Below are positions 25,862-41,200 of a stretch of 64,000 nt of DNA, piece after piece. Origin of the DNA: Marsupella aquatica. Its lineage: Eukaryota; Plantae; Marchantiophyta. How positions within the stretch are numbered: position 1 is the first letter of the stretch; each line of letters starts with the position of its first letter. The stretch is taken from the NCBI GenBank assembly GCA_973895155.1, contig OZ316896.1:23145722-23209721 (forward strand). The letters run 5' to 3'. The notes below the pieces were generated by a model. That model worked only from the letters and a program-made list of their open reading frames with translations, ran no database searches and was not told the origin of the DNA. The position numbers and the translations under genes are program-made.

Positions 25862-26579
25862 CGGTCAGGAACGTTAGATTTTGAAAATGAATTATAGTAC
25901 AGAAGATAGCTATGGAGACCGTCTTTCCTTTTGCTTTTTTTCTTGGGGGGAAAGGAAAAGGGAAAAGTGCCCAGGGGTGCCAGGTGTACAGCCCCGATGC
26001 CATCTACGGCATCTACGGTGAGAGACAAATCTCTTTCAGTTCTGGCAGGAAAAGAAATTTAAAATGACCCTTGTGCCAGAGCAGGGAAGCTAAACCATCA
26101 GAGCCCGCCACACGGCCCATTAGCCACAATTAACAATTTGATGGCTTCCCTTCAAATATAGGGAGGTCAAACAATCAGAGTAAAATAGACAAAGAATGAT
26201 TTCTTAGCATTCTCCACCTTGGCCAGTTTTGGAAAACCTTTAAAATAACAGGGGAAGCAAACATGACCATTCGCTAATGACCAGGGAACTGTATAGTCTG
26301 GCGCTTTGTTTGAGAAAGGGAGGCGTGTGCGACAAAATCCTCATTAATTTGTCTCTGGAGCGGCCCTACAAAACTTGACTCAAATTTGTAGCCTGGTGTC
26401 CATTGGAGTAAGTTGACCACTCGAGAGAGTGTCTATAGCTTCGTACTGCTGCTGCTACAGTAGAGCTTTGCAGTAGCCAGGCACTGTCCAGAGCATTAAT
26501 TTGAATTAGCCAAAAGTTGTTGTCCATTCCGTTAGAGTAGTACTGCCGGACCACTGACGTGGGTTAGTTGCATCAGTCT

Positions 26580-26855
26580 CGGTGTTTTGTTTAGTGGCGA
26601 AAATTCGCTAGATTTCATCTCCCCAAAAATCCTTAGCCACTTTTGGCCAAAATTCCCTACTATTTTGCTGGCTCATTAGCCAGTGTTCCACCTAATTCCA
26701 GCCCCATTAGCCAGAATCTAACCGTCAGCCTTAAATCTAGGGAAATCTGACCATCAGAAAAATAATTGAATAGGGAATATTTTGAGCATCTTCTTCTTCA
26801 CACACTTTACATTGGCCACTCTGGCTAAAAAGTGAAATCCTTAAAAAATAAGCTG
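26580..26855. mobile_element. hAT-like MITE, 276 bp
   Basis: 8-bp TSD ATCAGTCT (26572-26579, 26856-26863); degenerate termini CGGTGTTTTG / AAAATAAGCTG; internal TAGCCA repeats. Confidence 0.7.
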
Positions 26856-27150
26856 ATCAGTCTATCCTGGCTTGGGAAATAGCCTACTGGTTGGCTGGTG
26901 TTTCAATTTTTGAATTCTCTGGAACACATACAGTAAGGGGGTTGGTTGCATACTTGCATCAGTCTACCCTGGCTTGGGAAAAAGCCTACAGACTGTTGGC
27001 TGGTGTTTCAATTTTTGAATTCTCTGGAACACATACAGTAAGGGGGTTAGTTGCATACTTGCATCATTCAGTCTATCCTGGCTTGGGAAAAAGCCTACAG
27101 ACTGGTTGGCTGGTGTTTCAAGTTTTGAATTCTCTGGAGCACATACAGTG
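26856..27150. repeat. ~103-bp tandem repeat, ~3 copies
   Basis: AGTCTATCCTGGCTTGGGAAA...GAATTCTCTGGAACACATACAGT repeated. Confidence 0.9.
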
Positions 27151-29979
27151 TACATTTTTTATTCAATTTTGAGTACTATAGCACCCTGTCAAGAGGGTGT
27201 TCTGGCTATAGCCCTAGGGTGATTCGAAGTCAGAATTTAACTTACTAAGAACATTTTTAAAAAATTATTGTATGATAGCCATAGTTTTACCTTTTGCCTT
27301 TCCAGGAATCTTCATAACACATCCGCCAGCCTGGCTTTTGTGTTATAAGATGTTCATAAGACATGCCTCCATTATTCTGTAGTATAAGGCATACGGAACA
27401 TCAACGTACAGAGAAAAAGTCCTAAGTGGTTTAAGACATTTGTGAGTTGATTTGAAAATAGAATGGAATGAGAGGAGAGAGCCTGTGAATTAGTGTGGCC
27501 AGTTGGGGTATATAATTCTGGGCAGCACAATCACATAAACCTGGTTAAGTCAAGTTTTAAAAAATGGAAGTTACCCAGTCAAAATTAATAGCGAGGGGCC
27601 ATTTTAATCTTTTCCTCTACCAATCTTGGAGGTATTTGTTTGATGGACAAAACTTGTCTCTCCAACCAACCCCATGGGTATGTTGATTTAAGGTCTATCA
27701 ACACTCTGGATCACTCAGGTCCCATCAAGTAACAATTTCCAGTTTGAAGGTCCATTAGACATATACCTTGCCAATCCTAACTAGTTTAGAGAGAAATTAG
27801 GATTTTCACTCTGGGGGTCCATCAGACATATACCTCGCCAATCTTGGCAAGACATATACCTTGCCAATCTTGACTAGTTTAGAGAGAAATCTACAGTAGT
27901 TGAAAAGTATTATCAATTTAAGTTATCCTCTGTTTCTTTTTCATGAATAATGTTCACAGTTTACGGTCAAGGGCTTCTTCGTTCACTCGAGTTAAGGAGT
28001 CAGATATCTCTCCATAAGATGATAAACCTTATTATTTTCCACAAAGACATGATATGATATATTACATATGATGTGTGATATGTGTGATTACTGGCCAGGC
28101 ATCTTTAGGATTCGTATCTGTACACAGAGAGCACAAGATGAACCCAGGTGCCGTATAATTATCTCCTGCACGATGACCACACGCCACTAATAAATAGAAT
28201 CTATTTTAGATTTAAGGAACAATAAACATCCAGAATATGGATTATGAACAGGTTCCACATGCATCGAGAAGTGATCATGACAAGCCAGCGCGTGGCACTA
28301 TTACAATCATGCCCAATTCATCGTGTCCAAGACGAGCGATGCTGGTCATGAATTCATGTCCAATTCGCAGACTGGGATGACCCCTGCTGGTTACAAGATT
28401 TCAGTTGGGCTGGCGATGAGATTTATACTTCAAAACACTCAGGGAATCGATCAGATTGAAGCACACTACATAGCTTGGGGTGCAAAGTACCAGATTGAAG
28501 CATACTACAAGAGCTAAGTATAACTAATTGGGGTGAAGCTAGAGACGCCAACAATGTCCCCCAAACTTCTCGAATGGTGAAGAGCTCACTTTCGAAGCCG
28601 AGTCTCCTTAGGATTCGAAAGAACCATGGACCCCGTTCATGAGGTGAGCAGTGCATGCTTTGGGATTATATTATCACGAAACTGATGCACCGAAATTGAG
28701 GATCCAATCAATTCTTAGTCCCAACTCCCGAGCGACATGACGTAAACACCCGAATTCTCTCTATCACGTAACCTATCTTCGACAGAATAATGTCCGATAC
28801 TGGATCTCACAAACGAAAGAGATATTACTTGGAATGAGCTATTACTGTCGCCGTACCGGCTAATCAAGCAGATCATCCCACCTCTTTTGTTAAATGTTTA
28901 CTAGAATAAAATCTCTGATCATGCTTAATCAGAATCATCACAGTATTACACTGCTCGGTCTCAAATTCATTACTCTCTCGTGGCTACGTAACCTCGCTTC
29001 ACGCGATTCCTTTGCAGATCTCTAAGTCAAGACAGTGCTCTCGAGGTACTCAAAAACTGACTAATGCTTCCCGAAACGCGTTGCTTTGCAGGATTCGGGA
29101 CACGATTGAGTCTCCGTTGTGTGTTATGATTGTCTTACAAAAATTACTACGCTTCTTAGATTGTCGAGCCGTCATTAGACCGTTTTACCCTGACTCCCTG
29201 AGTGACCTCAAGAAATGGTTTCCTGTGAAGTATCCGGAGCTGGCAATAATTAATCGATGCCACAATCATCCCAACAGACTCTCGTATCGCTTGAGAGGTA
29301 GCAGACACACATCCCGAAGAACCCTCTTGAGTAACTCCCCCTAAGTCCCGAACTATGTTGATCGCTGTTCGCTCGAGTGAATTAGTTGCAAATCTGTGTG
29401 TCGGCATTTTTGGTGGCGAGTCCTCATTATGCTATTCGATTCCGATATTAGTGATCCTAATCGCGCTTTTCTCGCGGGTTTTTACACGGATGTTTATTTA
29501 TTGGTTTCGCCAATCGAGAAGCACTTATGAACGTCCTCCAAAATTACAGATCGTAATGGGACAATGGTCAATCTTTTGAGGTGACAAGAGAAAACCATCA
29601 TTCTTCCCAGGATGGTCACTTCAATTAAGACCCCAAAGACAAAACAATAATGTTCTCTAATGGTTGTGTACCACTGTATTCCCTACTTTCTTGGAAGAAG
29701 TTTTGTCAAGATAGGCTTAATGTTAATGAAGTGAGTTGGGCAACAAACTTCAGCAACTGAATTTAATGATTAGTGTTTTGTTGTGTCATCGCAAGTTAAA
29801 TCTACGGATCTAGGTCATATTAATGCTTCCTCATTTTCTCGGGACCCTGTAGGCTGCCCGCCCCATTCCCCAAGGGTGCTGCCCACTTTGGCCCAAATTT
29901 ATCAAACAATAAACCAATACTTCATCATTTTGTCATTCACTTGGGTTCGGTCATCTTTGCGTCATACTTCTTCCTTGAG

Positions 29980-30530
29980 AAGTTGTGGTTTATGTTCAGG
30001 CAACACTCCTTTCCAACAGAGCCATACTTGCTTTTTAAGAGAGTCTAAGAGTGTTCAGGGGAGCGTAATACTTTGGTTAAGCGTCATGGTTGATAGAGTC
30101 TTGGTTTATGCTGTGCCAAATACTTGTTCTCTATGAAGTTTATGTTTTGGCAACACTTTTTTCCAACCGAGTCAAGTTTGTTTGGTAAGAGAGTCTAAGT
30201 GTTTAGGCAGAGCCTAGTATTTTGGCCAAGGGTCATTAATTAATGGCGTCTTGGTTGAAGGCTAGGTTTCCCAATTACTTATTCTCGATGGAGTCATGGT
30301 TTATGTTCTAGCAACATTCTTTCCAATGGACACATGCCCATTTTGTAATGGAGTCTTTGTGGACAACAGAAAATATTGAGAAAAAAAAAGTTTCTGGAGT
30401 GTTCAAGGGGGAGCCAAATACTTTGGTTTCATAGAGTCATGATTGATAGTCTTGGCTTATGTTGAATGTGTCAAATACTTATTCTCTATGGAGTTGTGAT
30501 TTATGTTTTGGCAACACTTCTTTCCAAATA
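29980..30530. repeat. Degenerate ~150-200 bp tandem repeat, 3-4 copies
   Basis: Recurrent TTTATGTT(T/C)(T/A)GGCAACAC..TTCCAA, GTCTTGG and ATACTT(G/A)TTCTC motifs. Confidence 0.7.
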
Positions 30531-33500
30531 GTTAATGACACAAAGTTGATTGGGTCGGAGCAGGCAAGGAAAAGTGATGGGTGCCAAAACATAAACCCAA
30601 AGTTGATGGCACAAAGTTGATTGGACCGGAGCGGGTGACAAAATGGTAAATTATTGGTTTGTGATTTGGCAAACTCAGGCCGGAGCAGTTAGCAGCTTTG
30701 GGGGACTGGGACAGGCAGTGTCCAGGGCCGGGGCCGCAGGAAAATGGGGGAGCATTAACTTGACGTAGGTTTAATCGGTGTTACCGTGCCATACTTTAGT
30801 GCTTACCATTATGCTCTGCTGTAGCCAGATCTTTGCTGTGCTGTGGGAGAGACTTTATCACAGAAAATCTATTATATCAAAAATGTATCCATGACCAAAA
30901 CAGTATTGAAAAACCTGGTCGCACGACATTCTCCAAAGAGTGCATTCAAGGAGCCAAATCAAAATCCAACAGTCTTGAATCTTTGACCTTGAAGTCATTG
31001 AATGTATACTACATTCTTGGGATGCACCACACATGATTTGGAATTGAAAGGAAAATTAGAACAGGTACAGTATTCCTGAAACGTCCTCTATGAAATCATG
31101 GAAATGTTTCATAATTTGAGATTGTCAAATCTTTTCCTTGCATCGGAGCTATTAAAAACACTAGAATACATTTACTTACACCAATAGCTTGCCCTTGTTT
31201 TTATCACCACCGACATTGCAGGCAGGGTAATCTGCCCAATCACGAGAGTCCTTGCGATGGCACTACAAAATGAAAAAAAAACACAGAACTAGAGCTTTAG
31301 ACGTGTCCAATAAATACTTGAATTTTGATCAAATAGCAGCTACTACTAAATTCTGCAGTGAAACATATGTAAGATATAAAACTTATCCATCAAGTGCAAA
31401 TAGGTGGATGGTTGTTAACTTGCATACTTTGTTTGGGAAATGGGCTAAAGTATGTAATTTATTAGTCCCGTGATTCTCATTACTATTTTATTGTAATGGA
31501 TATTTCAACTTCACAAGATATTAGTAGAGGCAAAAAAAATGAGGTCGACAAGAACACATGATGACCAAGCCATTGCATAACATAAGTGTTTCCTTATCTT
31601 AACATTGTCACATGAATGATGTAATCTAGAAAAGAATCTATAAAATAATTAAGTCATGCGAATCAAGTCATGAAAATTCTAAGACCTCTTACCAAGATTT
31701 CTTCAGAAAAAGATTCACACATCCACCTCTCAACTGGAAGAAAAATTTTAAAAAGCCTGGGTTGCAATTTAACTGTCCTTCAAATGAAGATGTGCTGAGC
31801 CTTAAGTGCTTTTGTGCTCTCCTTAGGATCGTATTTGATTTTTTCATACCCAAGGTTGAAAACTTTACCCTCATTGCTTTGGTTAAACATCATTTTAACA
31901 TGATTGTGCATGCATGGAATGAAATAAGTTACAAAAGGTGGCTAAAGTATTAGAATTATTTTTCATTATTAATGTAGTATTATGTTTACTCTGAAATTTC
32001 ACTTGAAAATATTTTATGATAATATATATCCAGGCTAAGAGTGTAGAGTTCCCAAACTAACCGAGACGTGAACTTGTGCGTCACACATTCGAAGAATATT
32101 GTAGCAAATGGTCCGACAGGGTTTGGTGATGGTGTACATGATTTTTTGTTGTACCTCAGGCAAGAGGTAATCAGGACCATATATATCCGCAGTCCCTGTT
32201 GGTGGTAAGCCACCTGTTGCAGGTTGGCACTTTGGGAAAGCAATTGCACACAACTGCAACTTACAACAACTAGTAAAGTGTTAGTTCAATCACAAGGCAC
32301 AAGGAAAAGTACTCCAATGATCCAATTCAAACAACATAGCCTAAACTTAAAGCAGGTAGTACTGTAGTCACCACCCAGAATTATTACTAAATAAGCATAT
32401 ATCACTGCCACTAATTGCAATTTTGGTAGGCAGCACAAATTTCACCGTCAACTCAGCCAGGTAGAACAACTCAGCGTTCAAGCAAGGTTTCAAATTGTGG
32501 TTTTCATGTGGAAGAGGTTAGTATGCCATTTTGTTCCCTTCCACCACGATAGGTATGTCCTAGATGCATGACTGAATACATGTAAATTTACCTAGACAAT
32601 GCAAAGGTTGTTCAAATTAATGACTAACCCTTAAGGCCCCAGGTCGATCACAGGGACTATTTGGAGGGGCTTTTTTCTCCTGGGCCAAAGGGTTTGACCT
32701 ATTGACTGTTCCGTCTTCTACTTTTGGGGTGAGTGCGACTTGTAGTCCTCTTCAAGGCATTTGGGGTCCCCCCTCCTCTCCAAAGTTAGAACACGGAAGA
32801 TATAAAATTACCAAGTCTTTCCCATCCGAATTGCAACACATGGATACAATTATCAAGACTGGTCACAAAATGTGAGTTCAGTTTTACTGCTACAAACTAT
32901 TGCATGGGGTTTCAGAGACATTGTAAAAAAATGATAACAGCCATTTGTGCCTTTCTTTGAATCTGGATATATGTAGCATTTCATTTCAACCACATTACAC
33001 AAAAACTAATATGCAAATCAAGTCTCTAGCCAAACACCTTAAAGATATCAAAATAGCTCGTGAACTAGGGGAAAAAGGATCACTTACATAAACTCGGTAA
33101 GCTTGAGTACACAAGTTGCATCCATATCGTTCTATGTTACAATCGGTCCCAAGGCCAATCAAACTCTGCACAACAATATGTACACTAAGGAAAGTCACTT
33201 ACTGTGAGTAAGAACATGTACAATTCATATCTTCTTTCAGTTTGTTCCATCACCAACAAGGCAACCAAGTCTGCTCACAAGTAGGCTTGCCAACCACTTT
33301 ATTATTGATCAATCACCATGTTATATTATGCAACAGGCACTCGGCCATGCACCACCAACTGAAGAGGTATTGTTGTTATCACATGTAGATAGTAGTATCA
33401 AATCAGAAGAATGGGTGCATACAATGTGGATATTTGAGTACACAGGCAATGGAACCAATTTAGATGAATACAGAAATATGAGAATGTCATAAATTACAAG

Positions 33501-36500
33501 TGCACTAGTTCAAAATTAAGGACCATACAAAATCTCAGGAACTGTATTATTCAATAGATGATGAAATGAAAGCAATTGAAGTTGGTTGTAATGTTTGGAT
33601 TTACATCTACTCGCTCATATTGGCATTGTGCCCATTGGTCCTCTTTGCGGCCTGGTGTAAGGCCTGTGTTTGCCTCCACGCGAGCCGTGTAGTTAATCAT
33701 GTGGCCTAACAATGATCCAGAGCAATATGATTTAGATATCTAAGTTGTCTCCTTTAAGATCACTTAAATGAAATTTACCAACAATTTCCTAATATTAATT
33801 TCCTCCTGCTCAGGTTTGAAGGAGGTGAAGCCAATGCAATATTTGGTAAATCAGGATGCATCTTGGTTCAAATGGCCCTGAGCCTGCCTCCCTTTCAGGT
33901 GAGATCATTTCTGTTATTGCCCTCTACTGGTTTACAAAGCATTGTGCATTCAAAACCCCAAAAAAGAAATTGTGGTGATCCTCAATTTTCTTAGTTATTG
34001 CAAGAAAGAGGTTCCCATTCACTCATACTGTCGGCTCCATTGTTTAATGTGGCATATTGCAGGCAGCTTTCTGTATTTTTACTCAACTATTGTTATTTTG
34101 GAAGGACATGATAATAGACTTATGATTGCATTGATTTTGAAGGGCATTTTCTCTTGCCATTGATCCAGCATTCCTAGAAGTTTTCTGAGAGGAACTTCTC
34201 CCAAATGAAACCACTGTAGGTTCATATTTGCCAACCTCACTCGTGCCACCAAAATCATGGAATTCCAAAAAGTTTAATTTAGTTCTTTCTGTCCTGTACA
34301 ATCCCAACAGGTTTGATCAATTTCAACTATGTAAACTACTGGATATTATTACTTAAGGGTCTGTAAGTTGTTCATACCACATAGCCAATATTTGCTGCTT
34401 CGAATGAACTTGTCTTCTCCATCCATGGTATAGGGGGGAATGTCCAAACTAGTGAACGGTGCCCTTTCCTGACCGCGAAACTTGGGAAGCACTTTTCTGG
34501 ATCCTTGTGGTATTGTTTTGTTGGCTGTAACTTTTGCTGTGACTATATGATAATTCACTGGAACTGGCTTGACGCACACATGATTTGGGCAAGTCTCCTG
34601 CATATAAACACAAAACACTAGCATTTTGTGACACAGATACGACCATGATTTCCATTTGTGCAATCAGTTCAGGCATGTATAATTATTTACAAGTGTCAAG
34701 TAAAGTTTTTATTAAATCTAAAAGCAATTCAGCATACTTATTTTGAACTAGCCTTACCTTCATTTGAGAAAAATTAAAATCTTTGAGCCTAGACAGAGGT
34801 GCCTCTTATTCCTACTTTTTAGATGCAAACACACATCATTCAGCTTGACTGTCAGCACTAGCCACATTTTTATGCCTGAACGGACTCGAAGGTTTGGACA
34901 CAAATCATCTTTCAGAAATGCACCCATGTCCGCTTAGTTTGAGATATGATTTCTAGACTAGGCCTCCTTCATACTACTGTGCAACATTGCTGTAATTTAT
35001 GTTTACTGATTACACAAAAAAAAGCCTTGCCCTAGCTTTTATCAATAATCACAGAAATGAAACATTATATGCTAAGTATTCACATTTCTTGACAATCATA
35101 GAAACCATCCATACAACCTGACCCATTCATGACATTCTGAGAAAACCATGATTGATTTGTTCCACAAAGGCAGCTGAATATTCTCTTTGCCCAGAAAAGC
35201 TGTTCTAAGCTAACAAAACCCCATGTACATCAGAAATTAGGGGTAGGGTACTGGGTGGTCAAGTGACAGGCAAGCAGTAGCTGGCGTTGACCAAACATGA
35301 AGTAACGATCTCCCTTTCCAAATAGCTAAAACTCAGTTGTAAATCAATCAGATGTAGTTTAGTAATATAGGAAAGATCAACATGGTCCGCTAGTATCCAA
35401 TACTTAGCCTATTGACCACTCAATAGCCTACCCCCAAATTCATTTCTCACTTGTCTTATCAAACTAGGGTTTTTCCAGGGAGCAGCTTCAGTACGAAAAG
35501 AGCAAGTATTGATGCAACGCAATTGCCAAATCCATACCAGGTAATAATCCCAGGTATATTCTCCTGTCTGTGGATCCGTGGAGTATGTGTTGGTACATAA
35601 TGGAGGCTCAAGAGCACTACAATCTGGAACAAGAGGTCGTGGTGCATCACTAGAGGGAAGATGTGCTCTATTCTGGCTCTGTGCATGCCCGTCTGAAATC
35701 TCAAAACAACAAAACAACAAGCACGTCATGCTTCAAAAATAAGAGTCTGAGCAAACAGTTTTGCCACAATATGTTGAAAGAAAGATGTACCACTAACAAA
35801 AAATCGTAGAGATTTGGGCCTCATTCATAATTTATAAGATTCTTTAAAGATTGTTTGAACTTTAGGCCTAGAGTGGTAAGATAACTAAGGATTTAAGTTT
35901 CCTCCATAACTATACATATTACGTTAACGTCTCCACATACATAGGTTAACATCTCCTTCACATCATCCAGAATGATAGGTTTATAATTGATCTGGGGATT
36001 AATTGATCTGAAGACAGGGTGTAGAATCTGTCATACGATTGACAAGTAGAAAGCACACATGGTGCAGGAACAAGATACGAATCCAGGTTGATCCCATGCT
36101 TTCCATATCTCCAAATCATGAGCATTGAACACTCAACCGTCTCATCTTTTCTTCTAGTTCTGTTCGATGAATATTTCACTATGATCAAGCATCACATTTC
36201 TTCCTGGAGAAACCAATCCCTCTAATTGAGATTGAAGACCATGAAGCCTTAGATCAATCAACAAAGTGAAAATCAAAGCTTATCCTGTCTATGAGATTTG
36301 GCATACATGTGAAACCAATCCTTATGTTATGGGAAATTTTATGCTCTCATAATGATGGTCACATGTGAAGTTTTGATTATGTTATTGCCAACTTGGCTGT
36401 GCATGGATTAGAGTGTTTCTTGATATGGTGTGTGCCTGTGGCAATGGGTCAGGTATATGTTACACTGGGGAAGCATGTAAGTAAGATAAATATTGCTAGT

Positions 36501-38280
36501 AATTGTTTATGTCCTTTTGGGCCTCGTTGTCGTTCCCCTTACAAGAAATTAATAATAACAATTAGAATTGTTATATCGACAGTCACAGAGAAGCTGTGAG
36601 TCTTAAAAACTGAATCTTCTCCTTTCAAGGAAAAACTGAATCTTCTCCAAAAGAGGAAGTACAACAATTATTTCTAAAAGCTAGATATACTCTTCCGTAA
36701 TTGAGTAATGATAGCCAAGCTTAAAACCTAACTGATGACCACCGTCATGCTATTGGCTAAAAGGGTGCAAGAGGCACTTACTTAGAAAATTTACATTAGG
36801 AAAGCTGCCACCTACCTCGTTAACTGTTCCATCTTACTTCACGTGAAAAAACATAAATGTTACCGACGTGTAAGTGCTTTTGGGAGTCTTAGTGCACACA
36901 ATACGCAGCAGCACAACATCAAAAGTAGCTATTAAACAGAACCTCCTTCCTCAAAAGGTAAACATATGACTCCACGCCAAGACCCCAGAATTGGAAATAT
37001 GTTTTACATCTCTTGCTTTTCATTCCCCCTCACCATGAACATCAATGGTTCAAAACCACACTCGATTTCCAAAACAAGTGTGCTTTGTTTTCTGCCTTTC
37101 TTGGATCTGAACTTTTTGGGTACAAAAGCCCTTCCATCTTCTCCCTCTATGCATCCCCTACACTTTAGTGCCCTCCTTTCATCTGCCAAGGAAAACCTAC
37201 AATCTGAGCAGCGAGAAATGCCTATGATCTCCATCGTCTGCACATCTTCTATATAGTCTGGCTCATTAGAGCATCTGCAGCTCATACCTATGTTGGACAT
37301 AGGCCCATGATTTTGGCCCCTTTTTTTCTAAGGAAACCTCAAGGAGGACAATTGGCTTGAAGTGGAATAATTTTTAGCCTTTGGTATGACCGCATAGTGG
37401 CTCATACAAGAACCACGGTTCCATCAATCTGCACATTCGATCATGGTGGACATACAGCAGCACCTTATGGTTGAGTTGAATGAATCTTATAGAATAGTCA
37501 CACTGTTAGTCATTTGACCTCCTGAGCAGGTTTTTGGGGATCTCTTCCAACACCTTCAGGGTGCAGAAAATTCTCTGGAGAAGCTCAATGTATGCAGAAG
37601 GTTTGCTTCCTTTCGCGGGACAGATGACAAGGTCAGTGAAGCTCCATTGAAATCGGACCGAACATTTGTAAACTTGAGACGTGAACCGTCTTTAATCGTC
37701 ATCGTCCTTCTCGTCAAGAGTGTCCCAACTGCACGGCCCACATAATTGCAACAGCCGGGAGCACAAAACCTCATGAGAAGATGGGATATTTTCAGAAATT
37801 GAACAATTTGACTCATCTGACTCAACAAACTGCTGCGGCACCCACTGTCTCATGAGCTCTTCAATCACAAGCTTCAGGGCTAACTTGAATACGTAGGCAG
37901 ACCACCAAAAAAAACTCACTCTGTACGATCACAACCAAGTGCAACATTGACTGTGGGCGCTTGCAGCCTGCACTGGTCCCAGATCAAGCAATATCTTTCT
38001 AGCAAAATCCTTCCCATCACGGTAAAATGTGGGCGCATTTGTGATTTCCGGTAGCTGGATCATTGCTTGAAAAATAGGAAAACTCATCAGCTCATCCCTG
38101 TTACACATATAATTAAGTAAAGTCCCAAAGCCTTTAAATGCGGACTGGAAAGCTCTAGACATAAGAAAATTGGACACGATAAACGTTTCCGGACTGCCCG
38201 AATGAAACGAAGTGTGCTAATCTCCCAAATCTAGATGAACAGTGCCCTCGGACAAGCACAGGATTACTACTACGCCTACG

Positions 38281-41200
38281 TCACTTGTACTTCTCCATAA
38301 TCCTCCGTGCCTCTTCGAAGGCCTCATAAGTGCTCATTGGTTTATCAGAAGAACGATCCCCAGATGAGCTGCTGTCACCCTTAGTCAAAAAGAAATACCC
38401 TGCGGAACTTAAAGCTTTAATTGCCTGTGATACATGACCATGAAACGTCCACGATGTAGGATTGCAAATGAGAACATTAAAACCACCGCAAGTCTTTCTA
38501 GCAACGATACAGGAGCTCATGCCTTGATTCAGAAACTGGGGTTTAGATTCAAGGATACTAACAGCAGTATCAAAGTGCGCAAACCAGAGAATGAGTTTCA
38601 TTCCTTCAATAATCAGATTCCAGGTGGCTCAAACAGAGCTGTGCCAGGCTCGATCTGTTGAGCTTCAGGAAATTGGGTGCAAAGAGCACAATCTTTAAAG
38701 CCTGTTTGGAAGTATCGGCAACTAATCCACATAAGAAGTTCAACTCACCCCTTCAGGACCTAGAAAACATTTGCCCTAAATTACAGATCTTTATATGCTC
38801 GTCAATACGGATGATTAGACGCACCCCTTGTTTCTGGGTCGAGGGTTTGGGGTGAAGAATAAGTTGAGGATAACTCTTCAAGAGTTGTCAAGGTCTGATG
38901 ACAGTCTTTAGGAGAAAATGACTACCATCATAAAAAGCTGAACTCTGCCCCAACTGATCTTCCTGGGTCTTTCATACTATCTCCTCTGGAATACCATACA
39001 CTCTGCAAAGGCCTCATATTACAATCTTAATGATTGAAGTACAAAGGTGGTATGAGAAGCCTGCAGTCGAGTATGTGACGGGTGGAGACATTGAAAAACA
39101 GATGAGTAGGGAATAAAAGAAAATGTATACGACCGATGATTCAACCTGCGGCTCAAAGAGATGCGCAAGCTTAGGTATCAAAGTTTACCAGATAAATGTG
39201 ACCGCTGAAAAGGGGACTTCAAGAGAAACGATGCCAAAAATACACCAGCCAATCCGACCCCTGCCTGAGCTACAGGTCTTCCTGAAACATCAGAAGCAAA
39301 CAAATGAGGTCCACAGCTCCCCAAGCACAAGAAGCGCAAGACGGAGAAAACAATTCGACGAATTTGATTTACAATAATAGGAAGATTCTACGGAATGCTG
39401 TTCATTAGAATGAGTTTACAAGCCTTCTCGGAGGATACGAACATCAGCACTAAAAAGTCAGGATAGGATTAACCGTAGATCCAAGATGCAAGTGAGCGTA
39501 AATTGTTGACCGCAATTATGACACACACAAGAGTAGTAGAACCGGAACGCGCATGGGGAGGGCGTTTGCTTACCGGAACCAGTTTCGTCCCCCTTTCAAG
39601 ACCCTGCTAGCAAGGTAAGCCTGCTGTTGCAATCGCAGCTTCAACTGGTTCATGTCTGCGTCCATGGTAAGGATAACTTCCTTCCCTCTCTTCCATCGCC
39701 AACCCTCTTGGGTCTGGTATCTTTGTTTCGTGCGTACTACTCGACGTCCGATACGGTGCCCCTTCCCAAGCCTCAACAAAGTCCCTGCAACTGCACGAAA
39801 GAATACAGGGCATGATCAGTCTCAGCTGCTAAAACCTGCAGAGTGAACTCACCGTATGACTCATCAACCTCCCTGTTACTCTGAGCACTAACTTTCTGTT
39901 TCAAAGAGAGAATATTCCACTCGTGGAACGCATAGGTTAAAGGTGTCCATGCATATATCCAAAGCACAAAAGTGAAAGACTATACATGGATCAAGCGTAA
40001 TGAGCTTACGAATCTCCAATAGCCTTCAAGAATGGTAAGGAACATCTCGCACAGGGTTGATGTGCTTCACATCCTCAAAAACCAATTGATTCAAGGTTCT
40101 CTAAGGAACGTTTTCCAATCTACCAGATTTTCCCCAGATTTTCAAATTCTTACTGAATCTTCTACAACGGATTGGCGTATGTACAGACAAATACTCAGTT
40201 TGCCAGGATTTCCAGAATTCCAGTGCTTCAAATTCTTGTTAAAATTCTCCACGTACTCGAAAACAGTGGACCGAATAGACGTAGATCTTTTCCATCTTTC
40301 CCCAGGCCTCGGCTTCTTGTTCCCATTTAAAAATTTCCTCTTTTTCAATTTCTTGTTGAAAAATTCTCCACGCACTTGAAAACGGTGGACGGTATTTAAG
40401 CACATGTTTTCCAACTTTCGCAGCTCCTCAGACTCTTGTCTCTGTTTACTGAGGCGGTCGTTGGCACACAGGACGAGAGGATTCGAACAGTGCGAACTTC
40501 CTGGCATTCTAATTTCTCTCGAATAATTTTACTAAAATAACTTGTGCAGATGGAATTGCCACAAAACAGTACGAGGACAACTGCGTCTACTGTGGTGTTC
40601 AGTGCACAGCTCAAGCTCAAATAACATCCGCGACTCGAGCGCCTTAGACGTCCGAGGAAAAATCAAGCATTGTCTCAAGGACAATGAAACAAACTTCTCG
40701 AGATTGAAATAATTGAATTACACAAAGCGCCAAAGCCTTGGTCACAGTCCAAGGCTTATGCCCGACAGGAAGCGACTGGGAGGAAATGCCTCAAGGACGG
40801 TTTCAAATCCGGGTTCAAATCAAGCCTCTTGCAGCAGCACCCTTTATGGTATTCAATCTGATCTCCCATCCGCATGCTTCAATTAAATCAGTGCAATTTC
40901 CTTCCTTTTTTAGTCCTCCACGAGTAGGGACACAATGCGCATTCTCTCCAGACACACAAGCACGACATGGGAAAAAATTGGACCATTACAGATGCAACAC
41001 TAAACTCCATTGTACGCTTTTTAACCCGTGAAGCCACTTGTTTTGGTAAATGGAGCTCACTCATCTCATCTACCATTGCAGCACCTGCGAATATGTTAAG
41101 AGAGCCACGAGAGGAGATGAGAGGAGAGGAGATGCGAAGAGGCGTACTGACAGTTGGTAAGGTCCGGCTTCTCAGCAGCGATTCAAAGTGGCAGCCTGCG

